From a virus (taxonomy: Duplodnaviria > Caudoviricetes): a DNA stretch of 58,970 bases. The stretch lies in the IMG/VR virus record IMGVR_UViG_3300037882_000913, positions 1 through 58,970 of that record. The stretch is one strand, 5' to 3'. The notes under the pieces are model-generated. The model did not search any database, had not been told where the DNA came from, and saw only the letters and a list, made by a program, of their open reading frames with translations. The position numbers and the translations under genes were made by a program. Positions 17,831 through 28,736 of the stretch are shown here, piece after piece (position 1 is the first letter of the stretch; every line of letters begins with the position of its first letter).

Positions 17831-18394
17831 ATGCCACTAAAACCATACAGAGACTACAGCGAGCACGACGTTCTTAACGGAATGTTCAAGTTCGTCAGCG
17901 CAGCCGGAACGGGAGACGCGGGTATCCCCGTTGTTATCTCTAACTCTGGCTTTAACGGAGTTAATGCAACTCCATCGGTCGCAAGCAACCTCGCTAGCGC
18001 CCTTAACCACGGAAACACCTATTCGCCACGTTGGACTATTTATCCTGCGGTTACGGGAGCGACCAGCGGGCAAATCCCACTTGGTATCACGCTTTACAAG
18101 ACCCTTGAAGTTAGCCAGTTTGGAGAGAGTTTCCTTTACGACCAGCAACGCAAGGAAGAGAAGGAAGCAGTTGTTAGCGGCGAAGCAGTGCCAATTTTGA
18201 CAAAGGGAGTAGTTTCCATTTACGTCGGAACTGGAGCAAGTCCAGCACCAGCCCCCGGTCGCTACGTTGTAGTGAACGGAGCCGGAACAGTTGGAGCTTC
18301 TACAAGCACCACAGGAGCTTTCGGTAAGTGGCTCGGTGGAGTTGACGAACAAGGATACGCAGTCATGAGTTTTGATTGTATCTCCGCTCGCTAA
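17831..18394 (+). CDS. Capsid decoration/cement protein
   Basis: Between scaffold and capsid; small beta-rich Gly-rich protein. Confidence 0.65.
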   Translation: MPLKPYRDYSEHDVLNGMFKFVSAAGTGDAGIPVVISNSGFNGVNATPSVASNLASALNHGNTYSPRWTIYPAVTGATSGQIPLGITLYKTLEVSQFGESFLYDQQRKEEKEAVVSGEAVPILTKGVVSIYVGTGASPAPAPGRYVVVNGAGTVGASTSTTGAFGKWLGGVDEQGYAVMSFDCISAR

Positions 18395-18415
18395 TTAAGA
18401 AAGACATAAATTACA

Positions 18416-19567
18416 ATGAAAATTCAATTTAAAGAAACACCAGAGCAACTTGAACTCATCGCAGCGATGGGCTCAAAAGACAAAGCAAAAGCATCAGCGG
18501 CCCAGTTCGCCTTCGCTAAGCTTATCCAGCCAACGCTAGGCACCATCTATCAGCAAGCGGACACCACGGGATTCCTATACCGTGACATGCCTTACCGCGT
18601 AGATGATGACCCTTCGTTCCCAATCGAGCTTTTCGCGGACGTTCCAGAAGGACACTTCTCCATCTGGTCTGCTCCTAAGCCCGGTGGTCTGCCTAGCAAC
18701 CACATCTCGCAAAGCATTGATGAGGTTAAGTTCACGACCTATCGCCTTGATTCCGCTTGGAGCATTAATAGCAAATACGCTCGCAAGATGCGTCTTCCTA
18801 TTATCGCAAAAGCGCTTCAACGCTTGGTTCAGGAAGTTCTCCTTAAGACCAACTACTCCGCTTGGAGCGTTGTTCTCGCAGCTTTGGCGCAAGCCACTCA
18901 CACAATTGGCGGAACTAGCCTTGGACATGTCTTCGCTTCTAAAGCGGTCGGACTGTTTGACATGGACGACTTCAACCAGTTGCAGACTTATTTCCGCCGC
19001 CTGAACTCCTCGTGGGTAGGTGGGACTCCGATTGGCGGAGCAGGAAAGCCAACCGACATGATTGTGTCGCCTGAAATGCTGGAGAAATTCCGCGCAATGG
19101 CGTATAACCCAATCAATACCAAGGCTAACGCGGCTGGAACGGCTCTTGGAGCATCTTCGGCAGCAGTTACCCTTCCAGAAGCGCAACGTGCGGCTCTCTA
19201 CAATTCGGCTGGTGTCCCTGAGTTCTACGGAATCAACCTAATCGAACTCCTAGAGTTTGGTAAGGGTCAGGACTATCAAACCCTGTTTGCTGAGTTCATC
19301 GGTTCGACGGACCTCCCACGCCTTGCTACGAAAGCAGCGAGCGGCGAAACCTTCTCGGCCACGGCTGATGAGTTGGTGGTTATCGTTGATGCTAGTAAGG
19401 ATATGGCATACCGCGCAATCGCTACGGACAGCGACACTTCGAGCGTCTTCTCGCTTGAAGCTGACGACCAGTATCAGAAACGCGCTGACAAGCTCGGCTG
19501 GTATGGTGGTATTGAAGAGGGCCGCGTCGTCACCGACACCCGCTTCATCGCCGCAATGGTGGTCTAA
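18416..19567 (+). CDS. Major capsid protein
   Basis: 383 aa; position; codon bias typical of high expression; followed by a strong terminator. Confidence 0.85.
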   Translation: MKIQFKETPEQLELIAAMGSKDKAKASAAQFAFAKLIQPTLGTIYQQADTTGFLYRDMPYRVDDDPSFPIELFADVPEGHFSIWSAPKPGGLPSNHISQSIDEVKFTTYRLDSAWSINSKYARKMRLPIIAKALQRLVQEVLLKTNYSAWSVVLAALAQATHTIGGTSLGHVFASKAVGLFDMDDFNQLQTYFRRLNSSWVGGTPIGGAGKPTDMIVSPEMLEKFRAMAYNPINTKANAAGTALGASSAAVTLPEAQRAALYNSAGVPEFYGINLIELLEFGKGQDYQTLFAEFIGSTDLPRLATKAASGETFSATADELVVIVDASKDMAYRAIATDSDTSSVFSLEADDQYQKRADKLGWYGGIEEGRVVTDTRFIAAMVV

Positions 19568-19588
19568 GCCTAGATAATAGTTTACAAG

Positions 19589-19616
19589 AACCCGAGTTTC
19601 GCGACTCGGGTTTTTT
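19589..19616 (+). terminator. Rho-independent terminator after the capsid gene
   Basis: AACCCGAGT-TTCGCG-ACTCGGGTT followed by a T-run. Confidence 0.9.
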
Positions 19617-19762
19617 GTTGCGCTTGTATAAAAATAGTTTAGGTAATTCAACTGAAATTGGTGTAGTGCTTGGTGATATGAAACCCAAAGAACGGGCCAA
19701 TGGCAAACTTAAACCCTCAACAGTTGAGGACTGGAACAAGGAAACTAAAGAACAAAACGAAA

Positions 19763-20137
19763 ATGAAAAAGGTAAAAGCAAACAAGTCAAAAAGTAAAGA
19801 GGTCGCGAATGGCGTCGATGCTGAAAAGCAAGCGTCCACATACACTTCTAAAACAACATTCGACCAAGTATGGAATAAGAACTGGTCGAAATTTAAGCCG
19901 TCTGACCCAGCGGCGTATTCAGAGCGGCTCGCTAAGCTAACTAAATTCGACCTACAGCAAGAGTGTATCGTAATAGGCTTAATCCCCCACGACGAAAGAA
20001 GCATTATGATTCAGCGACTCCAGAAAGAGTGCGTCAAGAACCATAACTCCAATCTCGCCAGTTCTGTTAAGCCCAAACAGATAGTCATTAAGTCAGAGGC
20101 AGCCCAAAATATTCTGAATAAAGCCGCCGCTTTCTAA
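19763..20137 (+). CDS. Hypothetical basic protein (start uncertain, 19700 or 19763)
   Basis: ORF downstream of GTGTA at 19661; a 39-aa ORF at 19678-19797 may precede it. Confidence 0.65.
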   Translation: MKKVKANKSKSKEVANGVDAEKQASTYTSKTTFDQVWNKNWSKFKPSDPAAYSERLAKLTKFDLQQECIVIGLIPHDERSIMIQRLQKECVKNHNSNLASSVKPKQIVIKSEAAQNILNKAAAF

Positions 20138-20160
20138 CTACGAACAGTGTAAGTCAATAG

Positions 20161-20502
20161 ATGACAACTGGGGTTCGTTACGACATAAATTTAACACGCG
20201 GGTCTAGTTATTCGGCGTCTCTCACTCTAACCAATTCAGCCGGGACTAGAGTGAACCTGTCTGGATATTCAGGGTATGCGCCCGTTAAGACGCGCTATGG
20301 CGCGACTGGAAGCGGGCTAGGTGAATTTGTCGTGTCAATTACGTCTGCTGTAAGTGGAATCTTCTCCCTATCTATGACGGACGAGAATAGCGCGTTGTTG
20401 CCTTGCACGCAAGCCGCATACGAAGTCAACCTATATTCTTCTGGAAGCAACGACCCATTTAAATATATTAATGGTTATGTGAACGTATATCCAAGCATCT
20501 AA
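20161..20502 (+). CDS. Virion protein, BppU-like/fibre adaptor
   Basis: NLSGYSG, YEVNL and YINGYVNV pattern; GTGTA at 20147. Confidence 0.65.
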   Translation: MTTGVRYDINLTRGSSYSASLTLTNSAGTRVNLSGYSGYAPVKTRYGATGSGLGEFVVSITSAVSGIFSLSMTDENSALLPCTQAAYEVNLYSSGSNDPFKYINGYVNVYPSI

Positions 20503-23303
20503 TGGCGGACGATATCACGATTCAAATACAGGAAAATCCGTCTGTAACCGTCTCGGTTAATACAGACACCGACCTGCTGCTGTCTGCGTCTGAATCTTGT
20601 CCTTTGACTGATTGGGGAACTATTCAAGGTAAGCCCGACTTTGATAGTCTATACTATTCTACGTCTAATCCGAGCGGCTATGCTTCTAGTGGCAACTTCG
20701 TTACTCAGGCAACTCTAAACCAGAGCGGCCAATATCTACTTAGCATCAATGCGTCGTCATCCGGCGCTCTAAGAAGTTCTATTTCCATATTAGAATCTAA
20801 AACGGGAAGTTATTATAGCTCGACAAATCCAAGCGGATTCATTACGGGCGCGGTCGTAAGGCCCGACACCTATTTACTAACTGATAGTAGCTCGTTAGAC
20901 TCTATAAATTGGCAAACGCGGCAACTTTCTTTTGAGGGTTTACAAAGCCTTTCTTGGGCCGATAGAGTTGCTTATGACGCAAGCGAAGACCCATCTATAG
21001 ATTGGGCAAATCGCGAGCTAGTTGGAGATTGGGAGTCGCAGTCTGAACCAACGGGAGGTTATAGCTTAGTCAACTTAGGTTTTCTTCAATCCTACGCCTA
21101 TCCAGCGTCGAATCCTAGCGGTTTTGCGACAGGCATCGACTCATCTAATTTCGTATTAAAAAGTCAAACTGGTCAATTTTACGCATCTAGTAATCCAAGT
21201 GGATATATTACTGGAGTAAACACGGGTTCTTTGTCTTCGGTGTTTTATCCGCTCGCTTTTAACCCAAGTGGATACGTAACCGGCATCGTCATTAGACCAT
21301 CTGACACTGGAGCGTTTTACCCAACGTCCAATCCAAGTGGGTTCGTTACTGGCGTTGACACTTCCATAGTAGTTCTAAAGTCGGAGACGGGAGCTTATAC
21401 TGGTTTATTTTACCCTCTTTTATCTAACCCAAGTGGCTACCTTACGTCATCCGCCCTATCTTCATATGCGACTCAATCCTATGTAAATTCGGTTTCTGGC
21501 GTTATTCGCACGGATATAAGCGCGATTCAGTCTTTGACTGGTGGATTTGTCACGGGCTCTGTCGTGCGCCCGTCTGAAACAGGGGAGTTCGTTACGTCTG
21601 GGCAAACTGGGCAGTTCTATTCATCTTCAAATCCATCGGGGTATATTACTGGCGTAAATACCGGGGAGCTATTGTCGGCATTCTACCCACTAAATAGTAA
21701 CCCTAGTAATTATGTAACTGGGCCAGTAGTTCGACCAACCGAAACGGGCGGCTTTCTAACTTCTGGGTCTTTATCTAGCTACGCGACAACAGGATATGTA
21801 AATGCGACAAGCGGAGCTATTCGCTCTGACATTTCCCTATTACAAACGGCCACCGGACTGCTATATCCACGGACTAATCCAAGTGGATATATTACTGGGG
21901 TAGATACTTCTTCTTTTGTCACCACTGGACAAACTGGCGATTACGTTAATACATTTTATCCCAAAGCGTCGAACCCCAGTGGTTATGTAACTGGTAATGT
22001 AGTCAGACCTAGTGAAACTGGAGCTTTCCTAACATCTTCTCAAATAACTGGTGCGGGCACTGTTTCTTCCTATACTTCTGGAGCTTTCGTTGTCATGTCT
22101 GGGGCTGCGGGTGGTGGAGGCATCACTCAGAGCGAGGCAGACGCCCGCTATTACCCATTAGAGACTAATCCCAGCGGTTATGTCACGGGCTCTGTAATTC
22201 GCCCTGCGGACACAGGCTTGTTTGTCACGATAAGTCAAACCGGAGCGTTCTACGCAGCGAACAATCCTTCTGGATATATAACTGGGTTCAATAGCGGCGA
22301 CTATGTATTAGCGTCACAGACGGGAGCTTACGCTTCGCTGTTCTATCCGCTATCGTCCAACCCGAGCGGATATGTTACTGGGTCGGTCGTTCGTCCTATT
22401 GACACAGGCTCTTTCATAAACACGTCTCAAACTGGGGCGTTTTACGCTAGCTCAAATCCAAGTGGGTATATCACAAGTTCCGCTCTATCCTCCTATGCGA
22501 CTCAATCCTATGTTAATTCTGCGTCTGGAGTTATTCGTGTTGATATTTCGGCGCTGCAATCGGCCACTGGAAATTATTATCTCAATTCTAATCCTAGCGG
22601 TTTCGTTACGGGTAGTGTGGTTCGCCCAACGGATACGGGAGCGTTCCTAACGACCTCTCAAATAACTGGGGCGGGTACCGTATCTAGCTATCTTTCTGGG
22701 TCGGTAGTTGTTCTTTCTGGCGCGGCTGGCGGTGGAGGGCTAACGCAAGGGCAGGCAGATGCCTTATACTATCCTCTAGTGGGCAATCCAAGCGGATTTA
22801 CTACTGGCAGCGTAGTTAGACCAACGGAAACCGGAGCATTTTTAACTAGCGGCTCGATTACTGGCGCTGGGTCAGTTACCGTCTCAGCTTCTGGGAATAG
22901 TCTAGTAATTTCAGGAAGCGCTTCTGCCTCTGCTCAAACTCAAGCCCCTAGAATATTAGGATGCGTTTTTGATGGTGGTGGTTCGGCTTTAGAAACCGGC
23001 TCCAAAGCCTACATTAGAGTTTCACAAAGCGGCACCCTATATAAATATACAGCCCTAGCAGATATAACCGGGAGCGCAATTATTGACATATATAAAAATA
23101 CATACGCTAACTACCCGCCGACCTCATCTTCTTCTATTACTTCTGGGTCGAAGCCAACCATTTCAACGGGAATTAAAACGGAAAGCAGCACTTTAACTGG
23201 ATTTTCTTCTGTGACGTTCTCTTCTGGAGACATATTTGGAATAAATCTAGACTCGTGCTCGGGAATCACTCGCTTAACTTTCGAGCTAGAATATCAACCT
23301 TAA
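20502..23303 (+). CDS. Long repetitive fibre protein
   Basis: Many (F/Y)Y...NPSG(Y/F)(V/I)TG..VRP..TG repeats. Confidence 0.8.
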   Translation: MADDITIQIQENPSVTVSVNTDTDLLLSASESCPLTDWGTIQGKPDFDSLYYSTSNPSGYASSGNFVTQATLNQSGQYLLSINASSSGALRSSISILESKTGSYYSSTNPSGFITGAVVRPDTYLLTDSSSLDSINWQTRQLSFEGLQSLSWADRVAYDASEDPSIDWANRELVGDWESQSEPTGGYSLVNLGFLQSYAYPASNPSGFATGIDSSNFVLKSQTGQFYASSNPSGYITGVNTGSLSSVFYPLAFNPSGYVTGIVIRPSDTGAFYPTSNPSGFVTGVDTSIVVLKSETGAYTGLFYPLLSNPSGYLTSSALSSYATQSYVNSVSGVIRTDISAIQSLTGGFVTGSVVRPSETGEFVTSGQTGQFYSSSNPSGYITGVNTGELLSAFYPLNSNPSNYVTGPVVRPTETGGFLTSGSLSSYATTGYVNATSGAIRSDISLLQTATGLLYPRTNPSGYITGVDTSSFVTTGQTGDYVNTFYPKASNPSGYVTGNVVRPSETGAFLTSSQITGAGTVSSYTSGAFVVMSGAAGGGGITQSEADARYYPLETNPSGYVTGSVIRPADTGLFVTISQTGAFYAANNPSGYITGFNSGDYVLASQTGAYASLFYPLSSNPSGYVTGSVVRPIDTGSFINTSQTGAFYASSNPSGYITSSALSSYATQSYVNSASGVIRVDISALQSATGNYYLNSNPSGFVTGSVVRPTDTGAFLTTSQITGAGTVSSYLSGSVVVLSGAAGGGGLTQGQADALYYPLVGNPSGFTTGSVVRPTETGAFLTSGSITGAGSVTVSASGNSLVISGSASASAQTQAPRILGCVFDGGGSALETGSKAYIRVSQSGTLYKYTALADITGSAIIDIYKNTYANYPPTSSSSITSGSKPTISTGIKTESSTLTGFSSVTFSSGDIFGINLDSCSGITRLTFELEYQP

Positions 23304-23306
23304 CCT

Positions 23307-24905
23307 ATGCCTATTTCAGCAAACGCAGTTTGGAACATCATGTCCTCCGCCACCGGCACAGCCGGGAAGAATGGCGGATTCTTCGTCACGGGGGCGAGTG
23401 GCACGGACTACTCACTCCAAGACGGGGCACAGTATGCTTTGACCGGCGTGACTTCGGTGGGCGCTGGAAATACAATTCTTAGCTCCTCTGCCTCTTCTGA
23501 TATGGTTGGGAATGGGTTATTTGTGGTTAGTGGAACCAACTTCACGTCGAATGCGTGGTTTGAAATTACCAGCGTTGTAGTTGGCGTCTCAATTACGGTT
23601 AGCACAAACGCTGCTGGAACGGCAATATGCACTGGTGTAGGGGCGTCTGGGGTTGTTAATATCGGTGGGGCAAACCACCTCAACTCTACTTTAGCAGACG
23701 ATATGTTTGAAGCCGGGGCCGCTGGCAACACATACTACATAATGTCAGGAACCTATACGCTGGGAGAGTCTCTGAACTTTACTAGAGATGGAACAACAAC
23801 GCTCCCCATGAAGATAAAAGGCTATATATCTTCTCAAGGGGATTCTTGCGAAGGTTCGTCCCGGCCCACCTTAAATTTTGGCACGTTTTCTTGTATTCTA
23901 GGTTCGTATTGGTGGATGTCTAACATATTTGTGACCGGAACTCCGGCAACCTTGTTGACAATGGGAATATCAACTAAGATGTTCAACTGTAAAGTAATAA
24001 ACAAGTCTTCTACGGCGTCAAGGGTCGCATTGGCGACCAACACTAATTTCTTGATTCATTCGTGCGAGCTTTCAAGTTACTTGGGAACGGCTTTAAGTTC
24101 TTCTTCTGATGCTGGTTCCGTAGTAGGGTGTTATATCCACAGCAGTTCCATTGGGGTGCTTTCGGGAACCACTAGCGCCCACGTATCTTTGATAAATAAC
24201 CTGCTTATAGACTTGACGTATGGAATATATATTTCATCTGCTACCTCGGCGGCAATTGTTATTAGCGGAAACACTTTTTGTTCTCCCGTTCGTTCGTCTC
24301 ATGCTGTTCTGTCCTACTACGGAGTCTATATTGCCGCAGGACTCGCAACGGGGGTTATTATTGTAAATAATATTTTTACCGATATGGATTATGGGGTTTA
24401 TTCGGCCAGCGGCGCTGGAATGTCCTATGACCTCTATAATAACTACTACAATAATTCAACAGATGTGACCGTATGGGTGAAAGGCCCGTCATCCACAAGC
24501 GCAATCCCCACGTTCGCGGGCGTGGGTTCGGTGAGCGGTTCAACGGCGACAACGACATCCGGCAACCATTTAGTCCAGTCTGGAGCGACTTTTATAACGT
24601 CTGGAGTCGTCGCGGGCCGTGACTATGTATATGTGGCTTCGGGCACGGGAGTCACTCCAATGTTTTACGGAATCCTATCCGTGGACAGCGAGACTCAAAT
24701 TACTACTGATGTTACACTTGCGGCAAACGCGACCGCCGACAAGGTATTCGGCATAACATTTGGTAGGAATTTCGCGGTGGGAACCCCGATGAAGGCTTTG
24801 GGCGGCCCTCGTCCAACTGCCCTAGCCTCTACGTATAGTTATTTTGAGCAGGGGGCATCACAAAGACGGGACAAAGGGACAACGGTTTCAGCTTTTATCG
24901 GATAA
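23307..24905 (+). CDS. Parallel beta-helix (pectin-lyase-like) spike/receptor-binding candidate
   Basis: Repeating YGIYI / ISGNTF / IVNNIF / YNNYYNN beta-helix rungs. Confidence 0.7.
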   Translation: MPISANAVWNIMSSATGTAGKNGGFFVTGASGTDYSLQDGAQYALTGVTSVGAGNTILSSSASSDMVGNGLFVVSGTNFTSNAWFEITSVVVGVSITVSTNAAGTAICTGVGASGVVNIGGANHLNSTLADDMFEAGAAGNTYYIMSGTYTLGESLNFTRDGTTTLPMKIKGYISSQGDSCEGSSRPTLNFGTFSCILGSYWWMSNIFVTGTPATLLTMGISTKMFNCKVINKSSTASRVALATNTNFLIHSCELSSYLGTALSSSSDAGSVVGCYIHSSSIGVLSGTTSAHVSLINNLLIDLTYGIYISSATSAAIVISGNTFCSPVRSSHAVLSYYGVYIAAGLATGVIIVNNIFTDMDYGVYSASGAGMSYDLYNNYYNNSTDVTVWVKGPSSTSAIPTFAGVGSVSGSTATTTSGNHLVQSGATFITSGVVAGRDYVYVASGTGVTPMFYGILSVDSETQITTDVTLAANATADKVFGITFGRNFAVGTPMKALGGPRPTALASTYSYFEQGASQRRDKGTTVSAFIG

Positions 24906-24923
24906 ACAGTGTAATAAGATAGG

Positions 24924-25415
24924 ATGACCACAACCAGCGTAGCCGACGAGATTTTCAGGGAATTAGACGAGCCTTCCGATTGCTCTATTCCTAAGATTGC
25001 GTTCTGGCTACAGACTAATGTCGGCACGCTGAACCTTAAATTGGGTTCTGTAATTACTGTTGAGAATGGGGTGTTATCAGAGGATTTGTCCCTAGCTGCC
25101 GAAGCGGTCTTCAAAAGTTTATTCAAAATAGACTATTTAAAGCGCCAAATCAATAAGAATCTAGGGGCGGCGGCGTATTCTTCTATATCCGAAGTTAAAG
25201 AGGGCAACCGCACGGTTAAAAGGACGAACAAGAATGATATTGCCAAAAGCTATCTGGCGGCCAAAGAGTCCGAGGAACGAAACCTTAATGGCTTAATCGC
25301 AGCCTATAAGCAAAACTCTTTTGGCGGCGGAGAGTCTAGTTATGTCCCTAATCCCGTCTTAGCTGAATTAGGGTCAAGTCAAGAGACTTTAGACTTCACT
25401 CGTCGAATGGAGTAA
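24924..25415 (+). CDS. Head-tail adaptor candidate
   Basis: First of four neck-region genes; GTGTA at 24909. Confidence 0.55.
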   Translation: MTTTSVADEIFRELDEPSDCSIPKIAFWLQTNVGTLNLKLGSVITVENGVLSEDLSLAAEAVFKSLFKIDYLKRQINKNLGAAAYSSISEVKEGNRTVKRTNKNDIAKSYLAAKESEERNLNGLIAAYKQNSFGGGESSYVPNPVLAELGSSQETLDFTRRME

Positions 25416-25416
25416 T

Positions 25417-25863
25417 ATGCTAACAGCCGCCGAAAAACTAGAGTCTGACCTAATGTTAAACGACGCTCCCGCTTCTTTTGGCGAATGGATTCCTATATTC
25501 AAGAGTCCAGTAGAGACAAACAATAGCGAAACTAATTTTAACTTTGCTTTCCCCGGCCAACAGGGAGAAACTGCCTATACGGTTCAGTCGGGACTTTTCT
25601 TCGGAACTGTAGAATACACAGACCAACAGGACAATCAATATATCAAGTACAACCCAGCAAGTTCCCTAGTAGCCCAACCCAAAGGGTTTGTTCGCGTGTC
25701 TTTGTCTGGGTCGGAAGCTCGTGCGTTTCTTATGGATGCACAAGTAATCAAATTAGATGGAATGAACTTTAAGCCCGCCAGCGATTTAGTTTTTAGGGGT
25801 CTTTTTGATAGGGACGTTTGGACTGATTGTTGGCTTAACAAAATTGACAATGGCAAAGTTTAA
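25417..25863 (+). CDS. Head closure/stopper candidate
   Basis: Position and size; beta-rich. Confidence 0.5.
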   Translation: MLTAAEKLESDLMLNDAPASFGEWIPIFKSPVETNNSETNFNFAFPGQQGETAYTVQSGLFFGTVEYTDQQDNQYIKYNPASSLVAQPKGFVRVSLSGSEARAFLMDAQVIKLDGMNFKPASDLVFRGLFDRDVWTDCWLNKIDNGKV

Positions 25864-26446
25864 CTATCTTGAAATTCATAAGGCTATCGCTAAGAGTAAG
25901 ATAGGAGAGAAGCGCGTTAGGGCCAAATGGGACAGCATCGTAGAGACTAACAAGAGCGTTCTTCTTCAAGAATTCGACGCCCATCCAGTCACCCAAGAAA
26001 TTAAAGCTGGCCCCGCTCCTACTACCAAAAACATATCTGGGACACTCGGAGGCGAGGGCAACCTATTTTCATTTTTAGGATTCAATCTAGGGGATGACCC
26101 AACGGGCAGAGTTCGAGATGTCTTGGAAACGCAAGTTCGCACGGCGACCGGGGTTAGACGAGAACCAAAGTCAGATAAAGTCCGTTTTCGATTCTCCTTG
26201 AGAATCCCAACTCAGGAAATTAATGCCGCCGCTCCTATGACTTGGGAAAGCGGAAAATCTTGGATAAATGCTATTGAAAAAGGTGTAAGTGGTTTTAGTC
26301 ACTATCTTTGGAAGAAATTCATTGGCCCCGCTTCTCGGTCCTTCTACGGAATCCAAACTGAGAACAATGTTCGTTCGGGAGACTTCCAGAAACGAGACTA
26401 CCTCAAAGAAATATTTAGAAACTTCGTCTCTCGCCTAACCAAGTAA
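25850..26446 (+). CDS. Neck/tail completion protein candidate
   Basis: Basic protein in the neck-module position. Confidence 0.5.
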   Translation: MAKFNYLEIHKAIAKSKIGEKRVRAKWDSIVETNKSVLLQEFDAHPVTQEIKAGPAPTTKNISGTLGGEGNLFSFLGFNLGDDPTGRVRDVLETQVRTATGVRREPKSDKVRFRFSLRIPTQEINAAAPMTWESGKSWINAIEKGVSGFSHYLWKKFIGPASRSFYGIQTENNVRSGDFQKRDYLKEIFRNFVSRLTK

Positions 26447-26447
26447 C

Positions 26448-27251
26448 ATGAAAGAAACCCTAAATCATAGCATTGCTTCTTCCGTATATCTATGGTTGGA
26501 TAACAAATTCATGGAGAAGGGCGAGGGGTATATCAATAAAAGCGGAGCGCTGAATAAATATGGCAACTCCTATATTTATCCTTATCGGCAGCTAGTTTAC
26601 GATAATACTATTAGCGGCGCGACTTTTGCGAGTGGAGTCTATGTAAATGGAACGTTCTCTGGAGTTCCAATTAACTATATGAATGGGTTCGCGGCATACT
26701 CTGGAAATGATACTATCTCTGGAAGATTCGCCGCCAAGGAAATTAATCTCTATATGTCGGTTCAATCAGAGCAGAAGGTTCTTTTTGAAAGCCGCTTTCA
26801 GCAAAACCCTAAAGCTAACGTTCCATTTACCGGATACAGCGCGACAGATTATGTTTATCCTTGCGCTATTCTTAAAGTAGGGGCGGGCAGCAATTCTTCA
26901 ATTTCCTTCGACGGCGCGTGCGCTACCACAATTCCAGTGAGAATCATGCTGATTTGCGAATCGGATTATCAATATCAGGCCGCATCCAGTCTTCTTAGGG
27001 ATTCCTATGAGACGCACATTCCACTATTTTCCACCTCTCAGATTCCATTCACAAGTAGTGGCACCTTAAAACGCTCTTTTGACTACTCGGCTTCGGGTTC
27101 ATTAATTTCTCAAAACTCAAACAACCTAGCCTACATAAAAGGCGTAGAAATCTCTGATTTTGACCCTAGAGTAAATAACGAGATTGCTCCTAACGTAGTT
27201 GCGGGCTTTATAGATTTAGAGATGGAGTGCTTAAGATTTCCCAAAGTTTAA
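26448..27251 (+). CDS. Tail terminator candidate
   Basis: Immediately upstream of the tail tube; YPCAIL-type motif. Confidence 0.5.
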   Translation: MKETLNHSIASSVYLWLDNKFMEKGEGYINKSGALNKYGNSYIYPYRQLVYDNTISGATFASGVYVNGTFSGVPINYMNGFAAYSGNDTISGRFAAKEINLYMSVQSEQKVLFESRFQQNPKANVPFTGYSATDYVYPCAILKVGAGSNSSISFDGACATTIPVRIMLICESDYQYQAASSLLRDSYETHIPLFSTSQIPFTSSGTLKRSFDYSASGSLISQNSNNLAYIKGVEISDFDPRVNNEIAPNVVAGFIDLEMECLRFPKV

Positions 27252-27309
27252 AAAAAGATTTTCCAATTCCATGTTTTTCGTGTAACTTCAAATACTAATA
27301 CCATAAATT

Positions 27310-28365
27310 ATGCCAGACAATCGCGTCCTTTACGCCGCTCAAGCGGTATTCGCCAGTTCTTCTCCCGCTACAGGTCAAAAAACCAGCGGAGACGGAGTTC
27401 AACTTCACCGCGTCCAATCAACTTCCTATGACTGGCAACGCCAGTTGCAGGACGTTAATCAATTTGGCATCTTCGCACCTATTGACCGTGTCGAAACAAC
27501 GCTTCCTCAAATTTCGCTAAACGTAACTTATCTAGCTACCAATGTCGCAAACGAATCTGGCATCGGTCTTTACGTTGGCGGAGATTCTACGGCACTCAAG
27601 AATATTCTTGATGGAACTCAGCGCGACAAAAATTACTACATTAAAGTAGCTCCTGACGGTAACGCTGCAAGCTACACCGGAACATCTTCTGTTATTGCGT
27701 TCGGCAACGGTGTTGTTTCTAGCTACAGCGCACAAGGACAGGTTGGCAATTTCCCAACCGCTCAATTCACGATTAGCGCCCTTGACTGGGTTTCCGATGA
27801 CACTTCGGTCAATTTCGACCATCCTGCGGTAAACCCACAGAACGGGCAGGCTATTACGGGGTATATTTCTCTTCCTGCTGCTACGACCGGAGCAGTTGGA
27901 CAATCTACCGCGCTTCGTCATGGCGACGTAACTGTTGACTTGAATGGTGCTGGACTAGGCTTGACCAACCTTTTCATTCAGAGCTACAATTTCAGCTTTG
28001 ACTTCAACCTAGAAGATACGCAAGCATTTGGATATAAGTTCTCGGCGGCCCGTGAGCCCCAGTTCCCAATTAACTGCCAGTTGAGTATTGATGCTAACGT
28101 TCGTGACATTGGAACTGGACGTTTGTCTAACCTTTCTTGCAACGACCAGAAGTATAACCTATCAGTTACGGTGCGCGAACCACGTTGCGACGGAACCACT
28201 GGAGCGGTCAAGGCTGTTTATAGCTTGAGGGCGGCAACTTTGGAGTCGCAGAATTTCAGCGACTCTATCGGACCTTCTAAAACGGTTACTCTGAATTTCT
28301 CGGTGCCTATTGGTGGGCCGCAGGAAACAGACCGTGGGTTCTTCCTAAGCGGGGCGCTTAACTAA
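27310..28365 (+). CDS. Major tail tube protein
   Basis: 351 aa, beta-rich; position before chaperones and tape measure; own GTGTA promoter at 27280. Confidence 0.75.
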   Translation: MPDNRVLYAAQAVFASSSPATGQKTSGDGVQLHRVQSTSYDWQRQLQDVNQFGIFAPIDRVETTLPQISLNVTYLATNVANESGIGLYVGGDSTALKNILDGTQRDKNYYIKVAPDGNAASYTGTSSVIAFGNGVVSSYSAQGQVGNFPTAQFTISALDWVSDDTSVNFDHPAVNPQNGQAITGYISLPAATTGAVGQSTALRHGDVTVDLNGAGLGLTNLFIQSYNFSFDFNLEDTQAFGYKFSAAREPQFPINCQLSIDANVRDIGTGRLSNLSCNDQKYNLSVTVREPRCDGTTGAVKAVYSLRAATLESQNFSDSIGPSKTVTLNFSVPIGGPQETDRGFFLSGALN

Positions 28366-28412
28366 GCGCGTCGCGGGAGGGTTCCGCTAAAAATATTTGG
28401 TAAAAGGTTTAT

Positions 28413-28706
28413 ATGATAATTCAAAGTGATGCAACGCCCTTATTGGGCTTTCAAATAGAGAAGGAAATTGTGCGCTTATTCAAGCGTCAGCTAGAAGAGC
28501 TTGAGAACATTCGTGCTGAGCACCTAATTAGTGTCGAGCGAATTAAGCAGGTTATCCCGAAAGAGTATCATAAAATACTTGAGGCGGGCGACTTCCTAGA
28601 CAATAATACCTACGAGTTAAAGCGTAAGCGTATTTTGGACGGCGGCAACGAAGCTAAGCGACACGTAGCTTCTTATTTACCAAAGTTTAGCATCGTATTG
28701 AAGTAA
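28413..28706 (+). CDS. Hypothetical helical protein
   Basis: 97-aa ORF between tube and chaperone genes. Confidence 0.65.
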   Translation: MIIQSDATPLLGFQIEKEIVRLFKRQLEELENIRAEHLISVERIKQVIPKEYHKILEAGDFLDNNTYELKRKRILDGGNEAKRHVASYLPKFSIVLK

Positions 28707-28736
28707 ACAAACATAACAAAGGAAAAAGGAAATTAA

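Noticed and set aside
17380-19651. Long antisense and alternative-frame ORFs over scaffold, decoration and capsid genes
   Set aside because: Shadow ORFs expected from strong codon bias; no promoter motif or protein-like features
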